Origin: Taibaiella soli
GTDB taxonomy: Bacteria; Bacteroidota; Bacteroidia; Chitinophagales; Chitinophagaceae
Direction of reading: 5' to 3'
Assembly: GCA_040392625.1 (NCBI GenBank)
Contig: JBEBVQ010000001.1
Span: 1-47,690, forward strand
DNA: 47,690 nucleotides
The position numbers and the translations under genes were made by a program. Shown here piece after piece: positions 9,109-16,539 of the stretch (positions are counted from its first letter, which is position 1; every line of letters begins with the position of its first letter). The notes under the pieces are model-generated. The model had not been told where the DNA came from. It did no database searches and worked only from the letters and a program-made list of their open reading frames with translations.

Positions 9109-9174
9109 AGACAAGGCATGCCTTGTCTCTACCGCATGCCTTGTCTCTACCGCATGCCTTGTCTCTACCGTTTT
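9105..9174 (+). terminator. family D 28-bp perfect palindrome with triplicated 3' arm and a T-run (tilS/fbaB convergent terminator)
   Basis: GTAGAGACAAGGCATGCCTTGTCTCTAC at 9105-9132. 18-nt units at 9115-9132, 9133-9150 and 9151-9168. TTTT at 9171-9174. The tilS TAG (9106-9108) lies in the left arm. Confidence 0.8.
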
Positions 9175-9194
9175 ATAACTATTACACGCACAGA

Positions 9195-10253
9195 TTATGC
9201 CAGCGTGATACTGCTGTCGAGATACACATCCTGGATGGTATTCAGCAGTTCAACGCCTTCCTGCATGGGTTTCTGGAATGCCTTGCGGCCGCTGATCAGC
9301 CCCATACCGCCGGCGCGCTTGTTGACTACTGCGGTCATGACGGCTTCGGCAAGGTCGGAAGCGCCTTTGGATTCACCGCCGGAATTGATCAGTCCCACAC
9401 GCCCCATATAACAGTTGGCCACCTGGTAGCGGCAGAGGTCTATCGGGTGGTCGGTCGTCAGTTTTTCATAGACATTCTTGTGTGTCTTGCCAAAATTCAA
9501 AGCAGTATATCCTCCGTTGTTGGTCGGTAATTTTTGTTTGATGATGTCGGCCTGAATGGTAACGCCAAGGTGATTTGCCTGAGCAGTCAGGTCTGCGGCA
9601 GTATGATAATCCACCCCGTCTTTTTTGAAGGCAGGGTTCCGCAGGTAGCACCAAAGTACAGTCGCCATTCCCAGCTCATGCGCATATTCAAAGGCTTTAG
9701 AAACTTCCACGATCTGCCGGCTGCTCTCTTCAGAGCCAAAATAGATGGTAGCGCCTACTGCAACAGCGCCCATATTCCAGGCATCCTTGATCGTGCCGAA
9801 CATGATCTGGTCAAACCGGTTGGGGTAAGAAATGAATTCGTTATGGTTGATCTTTACGATGAAAGGTATCTTATGCGCATATTTGCGAGCTACAGCACCC
9901 AGCACGCCATAGGTGGAGGCCACGGCATTGCATCCGCCTTCCATCGCCAGTTTCACAATGTTCTCAGGATCAAAATAAATAGGATTCGGGGCGAAAGATG
10001 CTCCGGCGCTGTGCTCGATGCCCTGATCAACCGGAAGAATGGATACATAACCCGTATTGGCCAGCCGGCCGTTGCCGAGCAGCGCCTGGAGGTTGCGCAG
10101 GGTAGGGATATTCCTGTTGGATGCCGCCCATACATCATCTATTATTCCCGCGGCAGGCGCGTGAATGTCTGAATGAGCAATGGTAGTGCATTTGTGTTCC
10201 AGATAATAAGCCGCCTTGTCGGCCAGCAGATCCTGTATTTTTTGAGATGCCAT
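9195..10253 (-). CDS. fbaB: class I fructose-bisphosphate aldolase
   Basis: 352 aa, collinear with E. coli FbaB. Shared stretches include [46 protein letters not shown] and [16 protein letters not shown]. Confidence 0.93.
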   Translation of the reverse strand: MASQKIQDLLADKAAYYLEHKCTTIAHSDIHAPAAGIIDDVWAASNRNIPTLRNLQALLGNGRLANTGYVSILPVDQGIEHSAGASFAPNPIYFDPENIVKLAMEGGCNAVASTYGVLGAVARKYAHKIPFIVKINHNEFISYPNRFDQIMFGTIKDAWNMGAVAVGATIYFGSEESSRQIVEVSKAFEYAHELGMATVLWCYLRNPAFKKDGVDYHTAADLTAQANHLGVTIQADIIKQKLPTNNGGYTALNFGKTHKNVYEKLTTDHPIDLCRYQVANCYMGRVGLINSGGESKGASDLAEAVMTAVVNKRAGGMGLISGRKAFQKPMQEGVELLNTIQDVYLDSSITLA

Positions 10254-10278
10254 AAGAAGGGGTATTTTTTAAGTCGTG

Positions 10279-10286
10279 CAAAGGTA
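10279..10286 (-). promoter_or_regulatory. -7 box TACCTTTG (fbaB)
   Basis: Plus-strand CAAAGGTA, 26 nt upstream of ATG 10253. Confidence 0.5.
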
Positions 10287-10403
10287 AGCAATTAACATGT
10301 GAGAACAAGTTTTAAGATGCGTTTCAGCCCTGAATGGCCAGGTGTTTGTTACACACCTTTGTAATTGACAATATTCCTTTGCTTACGCATTGTTCCATAG
10401 TGA

Positions 10404-10454
10404 CTTCGGCAGACCCGGCCCTGATTTTCACGCAGGGGCTGGATCCCGCCGAAG
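10404..10454 (-). terminator. GC-rich imperfect hairpin downstream of the saccharopine dehydrogenase gene
   Basis: CTTCGGC (10404-10410) pairs with GCCGAAG (10448-10454), with further partial pairing inside. No clear U-run. Confidence 0.35.
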
Positions 10455-10488
10455 CCATATTACTCATTGCACTGTATCTGTGCCTGAG

Positions 10489-11820
10489 TTATGTTATGTG
10501 ATCTGTAAATTGTATCCCATACTGTTCCAGTGTTTTTAATACAGGTTTGTAAATCTCCGGCGCTACGGGAATATGCACACCGGGCATTGGATTGACCCGC
10601 TCCGTCATTATTAGTTTTGCCAGGATGCCCATAGGTAATCCTACCGTTTTTGCCATAGCCGACAGTTCACGGTTTTCTCCTTTCAAAACCATTGTACTGG
10701 TAAGGTTGGCATGCTTTGCTTTGCCGGTATATGCCACTTCGTGCTGCATCACCACCATGTCCTGTTCCCATGCTTCCATATGCCATTTCTCAACAAGGAG
10801 ATCTTCCAGTATGTCTGCACTGCTGTGTAGCCCTGGTTTCAGCGGCGTGTCTTCCCACAAGCCGAGTGCTGCCAGCATACGTATTGTCAGGCTGTCAGGC
10901 TGTACGTGCAGTTTCTGTGCGATGAATGCAGGGAGGTTTTCTGCAGCCCCGGTGAATCCGGTTTTTTGCCGTATCCAGGAGCGGACTGTCATATTGGTCG
11001 TATCGAATTGATCATCCGGCATGGTTAGCCCGAGGCGCACAACAGAATCCCAGCCTTTGCAAAAATTCGGATAGCGCAGTGTGGCTCTTAATATGGTACG
11101 GGTTTCAGGGATGTCATACAAATTAATATAGTGCAGGGAATCGCGGTTGGGATAATAAGAGAGTGTGCCTACACCATCAATGCGGATACGATGGGTTCTG
11201 GTAAAAAGGCTTTCGTAGGGGATCTCCACCAGCTTGCCATGGTCGAGATATTGTGCGCCCCCCATTCCTGCCAGAACGATGTTGCGCGGATTCCAGGATA
11301 TTTTATGCCGCCAGGGTGGATTTACATATTCCGGCGCGATCAGTCCGCCGCAATATGATTTGTATGAAATAATATCACCGGCAACACGCCGGATAGACTG
11401 CATGATCCTGCTGGCTACCATGTGGTCGAGGCCGGGATCCAATCCCATTTCCCCCATAAACATCAGACCGGCAGCCCTTACCGCAGGATCCATTTCCCGC
11501 ATTTCCTCCGAAATATAAGATGAGGTGATCAGATTTTTTTTATACTGCAGGCAATCTTTGGCCAGCAGGATGTGCAAATGAGGCGGCATCAGCGAAAGTA
11601 CCAGGTCATTTTTCCGTATGTGCTCCCGACGCTGCCGGCTGCAGGTAATATCCATAACTGCCGTATGGATCCCGGGGAGATGATGGGTTTTTCCTGTCAG
11701 CAATTTTTCATCGTGGTCGGCAACGGTTACTTCCCATTTGTATTTACCTGCTTTGCCGGAAAGATAATGAATAAGGGCTGTTGCGGATTTACCAGCGCCT
11801 ACTACCAAAAGTTTTTTCAT
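10489..11820 (-). CDS. saccharopine dehydrogenase-family oxidoreductase
   Basis: 443 aa with N-terminal Rossmann motif KKLLVVGAGKSATA. Length and C-terminal domain fit saccharopine dehydrogenase-like proteins. Confidence 0.8.
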   Translation of the reverse strand: MKKLLVVGAGKSATALIHYLSGKAGKYKWEVTVADHDEKLLTGKTHHLPGIHTAVMDITCSRQRREHIRKNDLVLSLMPPHLHILLAKDCLQYKKNLITSSYISEEMREMDPAVRAAGLMFMGEMGLDPGLDHMVASRIMQSIRRVAGDIISYKSYCGGLIAPEYVNPPWRHKISWNPRNIVLAGMGGAQYLDHGKLVEIPYESLFTRTHRIRIDGVGTLSYYPNRDSLHYINLYDIPETRTILRATLRYPNFCKGWDSVVRLGLTMPDDQFDTTNMTVRSWIRQKTGFTGAAENLPAFIAQKLHVQPDSLTIRMLAALGLWEDTPLKPGLHSSADILEDLLVEKWHMEAWEQDMVVMQHEVAYTGKAKHANLTSTMVLKGENRELSAMAKTVGLPMGILAKLIMTERVNPMPGVHIPVAPEIYKPVLKTLEQYGIQFTDHIT

Positions 11821-11861
11821 ACTTTTAAATAATTAAAGGTGAATTAAAAAGACTTAATTGC

Positions 11862-11869
11862 CAAAAATA
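11862..11869 (-). promoter_or_regulatory. -7 box TATTTTTG (saccharopine dehydrogenase gene)
   Basis: Plus-strand CAAAAATA, 42 nt upstream of ATG 11820. Confidence 0.4.
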
Positions 11870-11939
11870 AATAAAAAAAACAATGTATTAGTTTAATATG
11901 TTTTTATAAGTCTTCTAATTTAGATATTTATTAATTTAT

Positions 11940-12371
11940 ATGAAAGCGTTTATGTATTCGGAGGGAATTATTGATTTGCTGAATGGTGCTTGCCGCGATA
12001 CAATGGCGGAGGCGATTGGCATCCGTTTTACCGCGATCGGCGCGGATTTCCTGTGTGCTGTGATGCCGGTGGACGACCGTACCAGGCAACCTTACGGATT
12101 GCTGCATGGCGGCGCTTCAGCAGCTCTTGCCGAAACCGTTGGCAGTGTTGCTTCCAGTCTGCTCATAGATCCCGAACAGGAGATCTGCGTGGGCATGGAG
12201 CTGAACTGTAATCACCTCCGTGGGAAAAAGGAGGGCATCGTAACGGCAACGGCAAGACCACTGCATACCGGCAGGACCACACATGTATGGGACATACGCA
12301 TCTGTGATGAGCGGGACCGGCTTGTTTGTATCAGCAGGCTTACGGTAGCCATACGCAAACGTACTTTTTGA
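11940..12371 (+). CDS. hotdog-fold thioesterase (PaaI / DHNA-CoA thioesterase-like)
   Basis: 143 aa. LLHGGASAALAETVGS and HVWDIRI motifs are typical of YdiI/EntH/MenI-like thioesterases. Confidence 0.8.
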   Translation: MKAFMYSEGIIDLLNGACRDTMAEAIGIRFTAIGADFLCAVMPVDDRTRQPYGLLHGGASAALAETVGSVASSLLIDPEQEICVGMELNCNHLRGKKEGIVTATARPLHTGRTTHVWDIRICDERDRLVCISRLTVAIRKRTF

Positions 12372-12433
12372 TTTCATGAATTGGAGTGCGTGGGTCAATG
12401 ATGATTAAAGACAATTGATTTAGCTTCGCGTAC

Positions 12434-13024
12434 ATGACAGAACTGGTAATAGCATCGAATAATGCGGGGAAGATCCGTGAGATCAGTTCCATGCTGGACG
12501 AAGGATTCAGGATACTTTCCCTGGCAGACATCGGGTTTGACGGCGATATAGAAGAGCCTTACGACCGTTTTGAGGACAATGCAGCAGTCAAGGCGGAAAC
12601 AATACATCGCTTTTCCGGAAAACATGTTCTTGCTGACGATAGCGGTCTGTGCGTCACCTCGCTTGATGGTGCGCCGGGTGTGTTCAGCGCACGGTACGCC
12701 GGTACGCCGCAGCATGAGCAGCGGAACCTGGAGAAACTGCTGTATGAAATGAAGGACAAAGAGGATCGTTCTGCTTTTTATAAAGCAGTGATCTGTCTGA
12801 TATGGAAAGGGCAAACTCATTTCTTTGAAGGGATCTGCCACGGCATCATTGCAGAAGCTCCGCGGGGCGATGGCGGATTTGGCTATGATCCTGTTTTTGT
12901 TCCCGTAGGTCACACGCAGACTTTTGCCGAGCTGCCCCTCCCGGTAAAAAACAAGATCAGCCACCGGGGCAAGGCATTGGCGGCTTTGTTACATTTCCTG
13001 AAAAATACAGCTCCGGTACAATGA
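12434..13024 (+). CDS. rdgB: non-canonical purine NTP pyrophosphatase (dITP/XTP pyrophosphatase)
   Basis: 196 aa with LVIASNNAGKIREI, ADDSGLCV..L.GAPGV.SARY and GFGYDPVF motifs of RdgB/HAM1. Confidence 0.9.
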   Translation: MTELVIASNNAGKIREISSMLDEGFRILSLADIGFDGDIEEPYDRFEDNAAVKAETIHRFSGKHVLADDSGLCVTSLDGAPGVFSARYAGTPQHEQRNLEKLLYEMKDKEDRSAFYKAVICLIWKGQTHFFEGICHGIIAEAPRGDGGFGYDPVFVPVGHTQTFAELPLPVKNKISHRGKALAALLHFLKNTAPVQ

Positions 13025-14073
13025 CCGGCACGGAGCAGCAACGGAATAAGACCTTTGATATGAAATTTTCTATTGGCGATACAGTATTACTCAAACAGAC
13101 CGGAGAAGAAGGGGTGGTGACCGGCTACCTGAATCCCGGAATGTATGAAGTAGCGGTTGCAGGCATTGTCTTTCCCGTTTATGAAGATGCTATGGAGCAT
13201 CCGTATCTGAAATGGTTTACAGAACAAAAGAAGAAAAAAAAGACGGGCACACAGCAGGATCTGCCGCTGCCGGAGCAAGGCAGCTTCCATCACGGGCGGC
13301 ATGCGCAGGGTATTTTTCTTTCCTTTATGCCTGTATATGATACACGGGATATGGAAGATGTCGTGGATGAGCTGAAGGTATATCTGATTAATGAACTGCC
13401 GTATCCTGTTCGTTTCCGTTACGAAGTAAGAGTGGAAGAACAGCAGCTTTTTTTTCATGAAGGCTTCCTGACAGCCTTCAGTCATATCTATCTGCATAGT
13501 ATCCCGTATGCAGACATGAACGACCGACCGCGGTTTCACTGGCTGGTAGCTGATGCCGACAGCAGTAAAGGGCTTAAGGAGAAAGCTGATGTGCTGCGTA
13601 TCAGGCCGGCTCAGTTGTTTCAGCGGATCTCTGAAATACAGCAAAGCGGTGAGCCAACGTTCAGCTATCTGCTTGCCGATGGATTTATGGTAGCAGCGCC
13701 TCTGTCCATGCCGCCTGTCCGGCAGGAAAAATCTTTTCGCCCCCGGCAGGATCGTCCGGTAACCGGTCCCTTCCAGGATCTGCCCCGGTATGAGCTTGAC
13801 CTCCACATCGAACAGGTAGAGCCGGATTACAGGAAGAAAAGAATGACGAATGCTGATATGCTTCAGTTGCAGACCGATCACCTGCGCTATTATCTCCGGC
13901 TGGCCATTGCGCATCGCTTCGAGCGGATGATTGTTATTCACGGTCTTGGCCGGGGTACGCTGCGCGATGCCGTACACCAGGTGCTCCGGGAAACACCGGA
14001 GGTGAGCCGTTTTGTGAATGAGTGGATGGGGCAGTACGGATTTGGCGCTACGGAGGTTCATTTCAGCTATTGA
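13021..14073 (+). CDS. Smr (MutS2 C-terminal-like) domain protein
   Basis: 350 aa. The C-terminal ELDLHIEQ....IVIHGLGRGTLRDAVHQVL segment is Smr-like. Its ATG overlaps the rdgB stop (ATGA at 13021-13024). Confidence 0.7.
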   Translation: MTGTEQQRNKTFDMKFSIGDTVLLKQTGEEGVVTGYLNPGMYEVAVAGIVFPVYEDAMEHPYLKWFTEQKKKKKTGTQQDLPLPEQGSFHHGRHAQGIFLSFMPVYDTRDMEDVVDELKVYLINELPYPVRFRYEVRVEEQQLFFHEGFLTAFSHIYLHSIPYADMNDRPRFHWLVADADSSKGLKEKADVLRIRPAQLFQRISEIQQSGEPTFSYLLADGFMVAAPLSMPPVRQEKSFRPRQDRPVTGPFQDLPRYELDLHIEQVEPDYRKKRMTNADMLQLQTDHLRYYLRLAIAHRFERMIVIHGLGRGTLRDAVHQVLRETPEVSRFVNEWMGQYGFGATEVHFSY

Positions 14074-14088
14074 TGGACGTAACATAGA

Positions 14089-14116
14089 GTAGAGCCAAGG
14101 CATGTCTTGGCTCTAC
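14089..14116 (+). repeat. family D palindrome, second copy
   Basis: GTAGAGCCAAGGCATGTCTTGGCTCTAC lies 15 nt after the Smr-gene stop. The stem is preserved relative to the 9105 copy by an A-T to C-G double change. Confidence 0.75.
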
Positions 14117-14148
14117 GTCACGATTTCAGATTTCCGGATGCAAACGAT

Positions 14149-14156
14149 TACTTTTG
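14149..14156 (+). promoter_or_regulatory. -7 box TACTTTTG (mgtE)
   Basis: Exact TAnnTTTG, 18 nt before ATG 14174. Confidence 0.5.
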
Positions 14157-14173
14157 TGCATCGCAGCGATATT

Positions 14174-15562
14174 ATGGCGTCAGAAGAAGAGACCATATCA
14201 TTGGAAGCACAGTTCGAGGCACTGCTGGAGCGCGGTGACCGCGATACTATGCGGATCTGGCTGGAAAGCCGGAATATCAGCGATGTGGCTGAGATAGCAG
14301 ATGAATATCCTGATGAAAGCGGCGATATTCTGTCGCTTATGTCGCTGCACCGTGCCACCAGTGTATTCAAGATATTGGATCAGCCGCTTCAGGAGAGGAT
14401 CATCCAGTCATTGCCGCCCGCCAGGGTAGCAGCGTTGCTGAATGAACTGCCCGCCGACGACCGGACATCCTTTCTTGAGGGGCTCCCCAGCAAAGCGGTA
14501 AAAGAACTGATACGGCTGCTCGACCCGGAGGAGCGCAAGATCACACTCAGTCTGCTCGGCTACCCGGAAGGGAGCGTCGGGCGATTGATGACCCCCGACT
14601 ATATTGCCGTATATAAAGAATGGAATGTACAGCAAGTGCTGGATCATATCCGCAAATTCGGAAAACACAGCGAAACGATTGATGTGATCTATGTAATAGA
14701 TCAGGAAGGGCGTTTTATTGACGACGTCCGTATCCGCGAATTCCTGGTTACGGATCCGGAAACGAAGGTTGCGGATATTATTGACGGCCGCTACATAGCG
14801 CTCAATGCTCATGATGAGCAGAGCATGGCCAATGAGGTGTTTCGCATGAATAACCGTGTGGCCCTGCCGGTGCTGGACGACCAGAAGATATTGCTGGGTA
14901 TCGTCACCATTGATGATGTGCTGTGGATGACCAACGAGGAATTCAGTGAAGACATGCAGCGGATCGGGGGTACGGAAGCGCTTGATGAGCCATACCTGGA
15001 AATGCCGCTGTTGCGCCTGGTGCGCAAAAGAATGGGCTGGCTGGTGATACTTTTTCTCGGCGAAATGCTTACAGCTACGGCGATGGGTTTTTTTGAAGAT
15101 GAAATTGCCAAAGCAGTTGTGCTGGCATTATTTGTGCCGCTCATCATTTCCAGTGGTGGTAACAGCGGCTCTCAGGCAGCCACGCTGGTGATCCATGCGT
15201 TGGCTGTTGGAGACGTCGCATTGAAAGACTGGTGGCGTGTGATGCGCCGGGAGATTATCTCCGGGCTGCTGCTCGGCCTGGTGCTGGGTGTGATCGGCTT
15301 TCTGCGGATAGCAATATGGAGCGCTGTCGTCCCGATTTACGGTCCTCACTGGCCGCAGATCGGTCTTACGGTTGGCGTGACGTTGGTGGGGGTTGTACTG
15401 TGGGGTACATTTACCGGGTCTATGCTGCCGCTCCTGCTGAAAAGGCTGGGGGCCGATCCTGCGGTATCGTCCGCTCCGTTTGTGGCCACACTGGTGGATG
15501 TTACCGGTCTGATCCTTTATTTCTCGGTGGCCTACATCTTCCTGCAGGGATTGCTATTGTGA
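14174..15562 (+). CDS. mgtE: magnesium transporter MgtE
   Basis: N-domain, two CBS regions and a C-terminal TM domain with PLIISSGGNSGSQAAT. ATG 14174 lies 18 nt after the TACTTTTG -7 box at 14149-14156. The longer ORF from 14102 starts inside a palindromic repeat. Confidence 0.9.
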   Translation: MASEEETISLEAQFEALLERGDRDTMRIWLESRNISDVAEIADEYPDESGDILSLMSLHRATSVFKILDQPLQERIIQSLPPARVAALLNELPADDRTSFLEGLPSKAVKELIRLLDPEERKITLSLLGYPEGSVGRLMTPDYIAVYKEWNVQQVLDHIRKFGKHSETIDVIYVIDQEGRFIDDVRIREFLVTDPETKVADIIDGRYIALNAHDEQSMANEVFRMNNRVALPVLDDQKILLGIVTIDDVLWMTNEEFSEDMQRIGGTEALDEPYLEMPLLRLVRKRMGWLVILFLGEMLTATAMGFFEDEIAKAVVLALFVPLIISSGGNSGSQAATLVIHALAVGDVALKDWWRVMRREIISGLLLGLVLGVIGFLRIAIWSAVVPIYGPHWPQIGLTVGVTLVGVVLWGTFTGSMLPLLLKRLGADPAVSSAPFVATLVDVTGLILYFSVAYIFLQGLLL

Positions 15563-15629
15563 TGGTTGGTACGGACAAAAAAAAGACATGCGATTGCATG
15601 TCTTCAGTTACTTCGTATGCGGAACAAAC

Positions 15630-15821
15630 TTAGATAACTTTCACGTTGACGGCATTAAGCCCTTTCTTGCCGTCCTGAACTTCAAACGTTACCTGATCGT
15701 TTTCACGGATCTCGTCAATGAGACCGGAAACGTGAACGAAGATGTCCTGACCGCCATTGGCCGGCTTAATGAATCCAAAGCCCTTTGTTTCGTTAAAGAA
15801 CTTTACTGTACCTTCTTGCAT
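15630..15821 (-). CDS. cold-shock protein (CspA family)
   Basis: 63 aa with GTVKFFNETKGFGFI (RNP1) and DIFVHVSG (RNP2). Confidence 0.93.
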   Translation of the reverse strand: MQEGTVKFFNETKGFGFIKPANGGQDIFVHVSGLIDEIRENDQVTFEVQDGKKGLNAVNVKVI

Positions 15822-15846
15822 TGTTAAAAAAATAAATAATGAGGGA

Positions 15847-15854
15847 CAAAGGTA
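15847..15854 (-). promoter_or_regulatory. -7 box TACCTTTG (cold-shock gene)
   Basis: Plus-strand CAAAGGTA, 26 nt upstream of ATG 15821. Confidence 0.5.
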
Positions 15855-16139
15855 AAACTATTCCCTGATATTTGCTCAATTTATTTTTTGAATCTTAACA
15901 GGATATAATTAACTGATTACGGGGATACAGGAAGATATCCAATAACACCGTAATTTCCGCCATCAGTTGTAATATACACCATGAATTGTAATAATACTTA
16001 TCTGTAAGCAAGTAGTTGTCTGAATGGGTTGACGGGAGATGTTAGCTTTTTGGTTTACTTTCTTCCTAATTCGCTGATTCTCTTTCACATCGCAAGCTAT
16101 ATTTTTTTAGTAAAAAATTTTTACAATGAAGATTTTCCG

Positions 16140-16147
16140 TATCTTTG
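16140..16147 (+). promoter_or_regulatory. -7 box TATCTTTG (rpsO-pnp)
   Basis: Exact TAnnTTTG, 40 nt before ATG 16187. Confidence 0.5.
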
Positions 16148-16186
16148 CAACCTGAAAAACTGTAAAATATTTAAAAACAAGCTGTA

Positions 16187-16459
16187 ATGTCTCATTTATC
16201 CGCTGAACAAAAAGCGACAATATTTAAGGAATTCGGAGGTAAGGAAACCAATACGGGCTCTATCGAAGCGCAGATCGCTGTACTGACAGAACGTATCAAC
16301 CATCTTTCCAAGCATCTGCAACAAAACAAGAAGGATTTCTCCACACACCGGGGACTGATGAAAATGGTAGGTCGCCGTAAACGCCTGCTGCAATATCTGA
16401 GCCGCACCAACCTGAACGGTTACCGTGCACTGATCGAAAAGCTTGGACTCCGCAAGTAA
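16187..16459 (+). CDS. rpsO: 30S ribosomal protein S15
   Basis: 90 aa. [35 protein letters not shown] is the typical S15 signature. It lies upstream of pnp, as in most bacteria. Confidence 0.95.
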   Translation: MSHLSAEQKATIFKEFGGKETNTGSIEAQIAVLTERINHLSKHLQQNKKDFSTHRGLMKMVGRRKRLLQYLSRTNLNGYRALIEKLGLRK

Positions 16460-16483
16460 CGATATTATTTTTTATAAGCTATT

Positions 16484-16517
16484 CCCAATGTGTTACACAT
16501 TGGGGGTAGCTTTTTTT
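16484..16517 (+). terminator. rpsO terminator/attenuator hairpin in the rpsO-pnp spacer
   Basis: 9-bp stem CCCAATGTG/CACATTGGG with a 3-nt loop, followed by T7 at 16511-16517. Confidence 0.7.
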
Positions 16518-16539
16518 GAAACAACCCCAAACTGATTGT

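Noticed and set aside
7432-9114. 560-aa ORF antisense to the TPR gene and tilS, the longest unexplained ORF in the track
   Set aside because: Its codons are exactly phase-aligned with the sense codons (both have lower codon coordinates congruent to 1 mod 3). Stops can therefore arise only from sense TTA/CTA/TCA codons, which these genes avoid. The translation is low-complexity and Arg/Cys/His-rich with no recognisable domain. The sense strand encodes unmistakable TilS.
9115-9168. Possible mini-CRISPR array (three 18-nt direct repeats)
   Set aside because: The repeats are directly abutting with no spacers, they are too short, and they form the arm of a terminator palindrome. No cas genes are in the window.
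9118-9530. ORFs beginning MPCLYRMPCLYRMPCLYR / MSLPHALSLPHALSLP
   Set aside because: They are translations of the triplicated 18-nt terminator arm and then run antisense into fbaB. There is no coding signal.
14074-14173. M-box (Mg2+) riboswitch upstream of mgtE
   Set aside because: The spacer is only 100 nt and is mostly the 28-bp palindrome. A -7 box 18 nt before the ATG leaves no room for a ~160-nt M-box.
15855-16139. Long 5' UTR or sRNA in the 365-bp csp/rpsO divergent spacer
   Set aside because: Exact -7 boxes lie close to each start codon, 26 nt (csp) and 40 nt (rpsO) away, so both leaders are short. The remaining ~285 nt shows only short crossing 6-7 bp complementarities (GGATAT/ATATCC, ATTACGG/CCGTAAT) that are compatible with chance. 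There is no promoter box or terminator inside.
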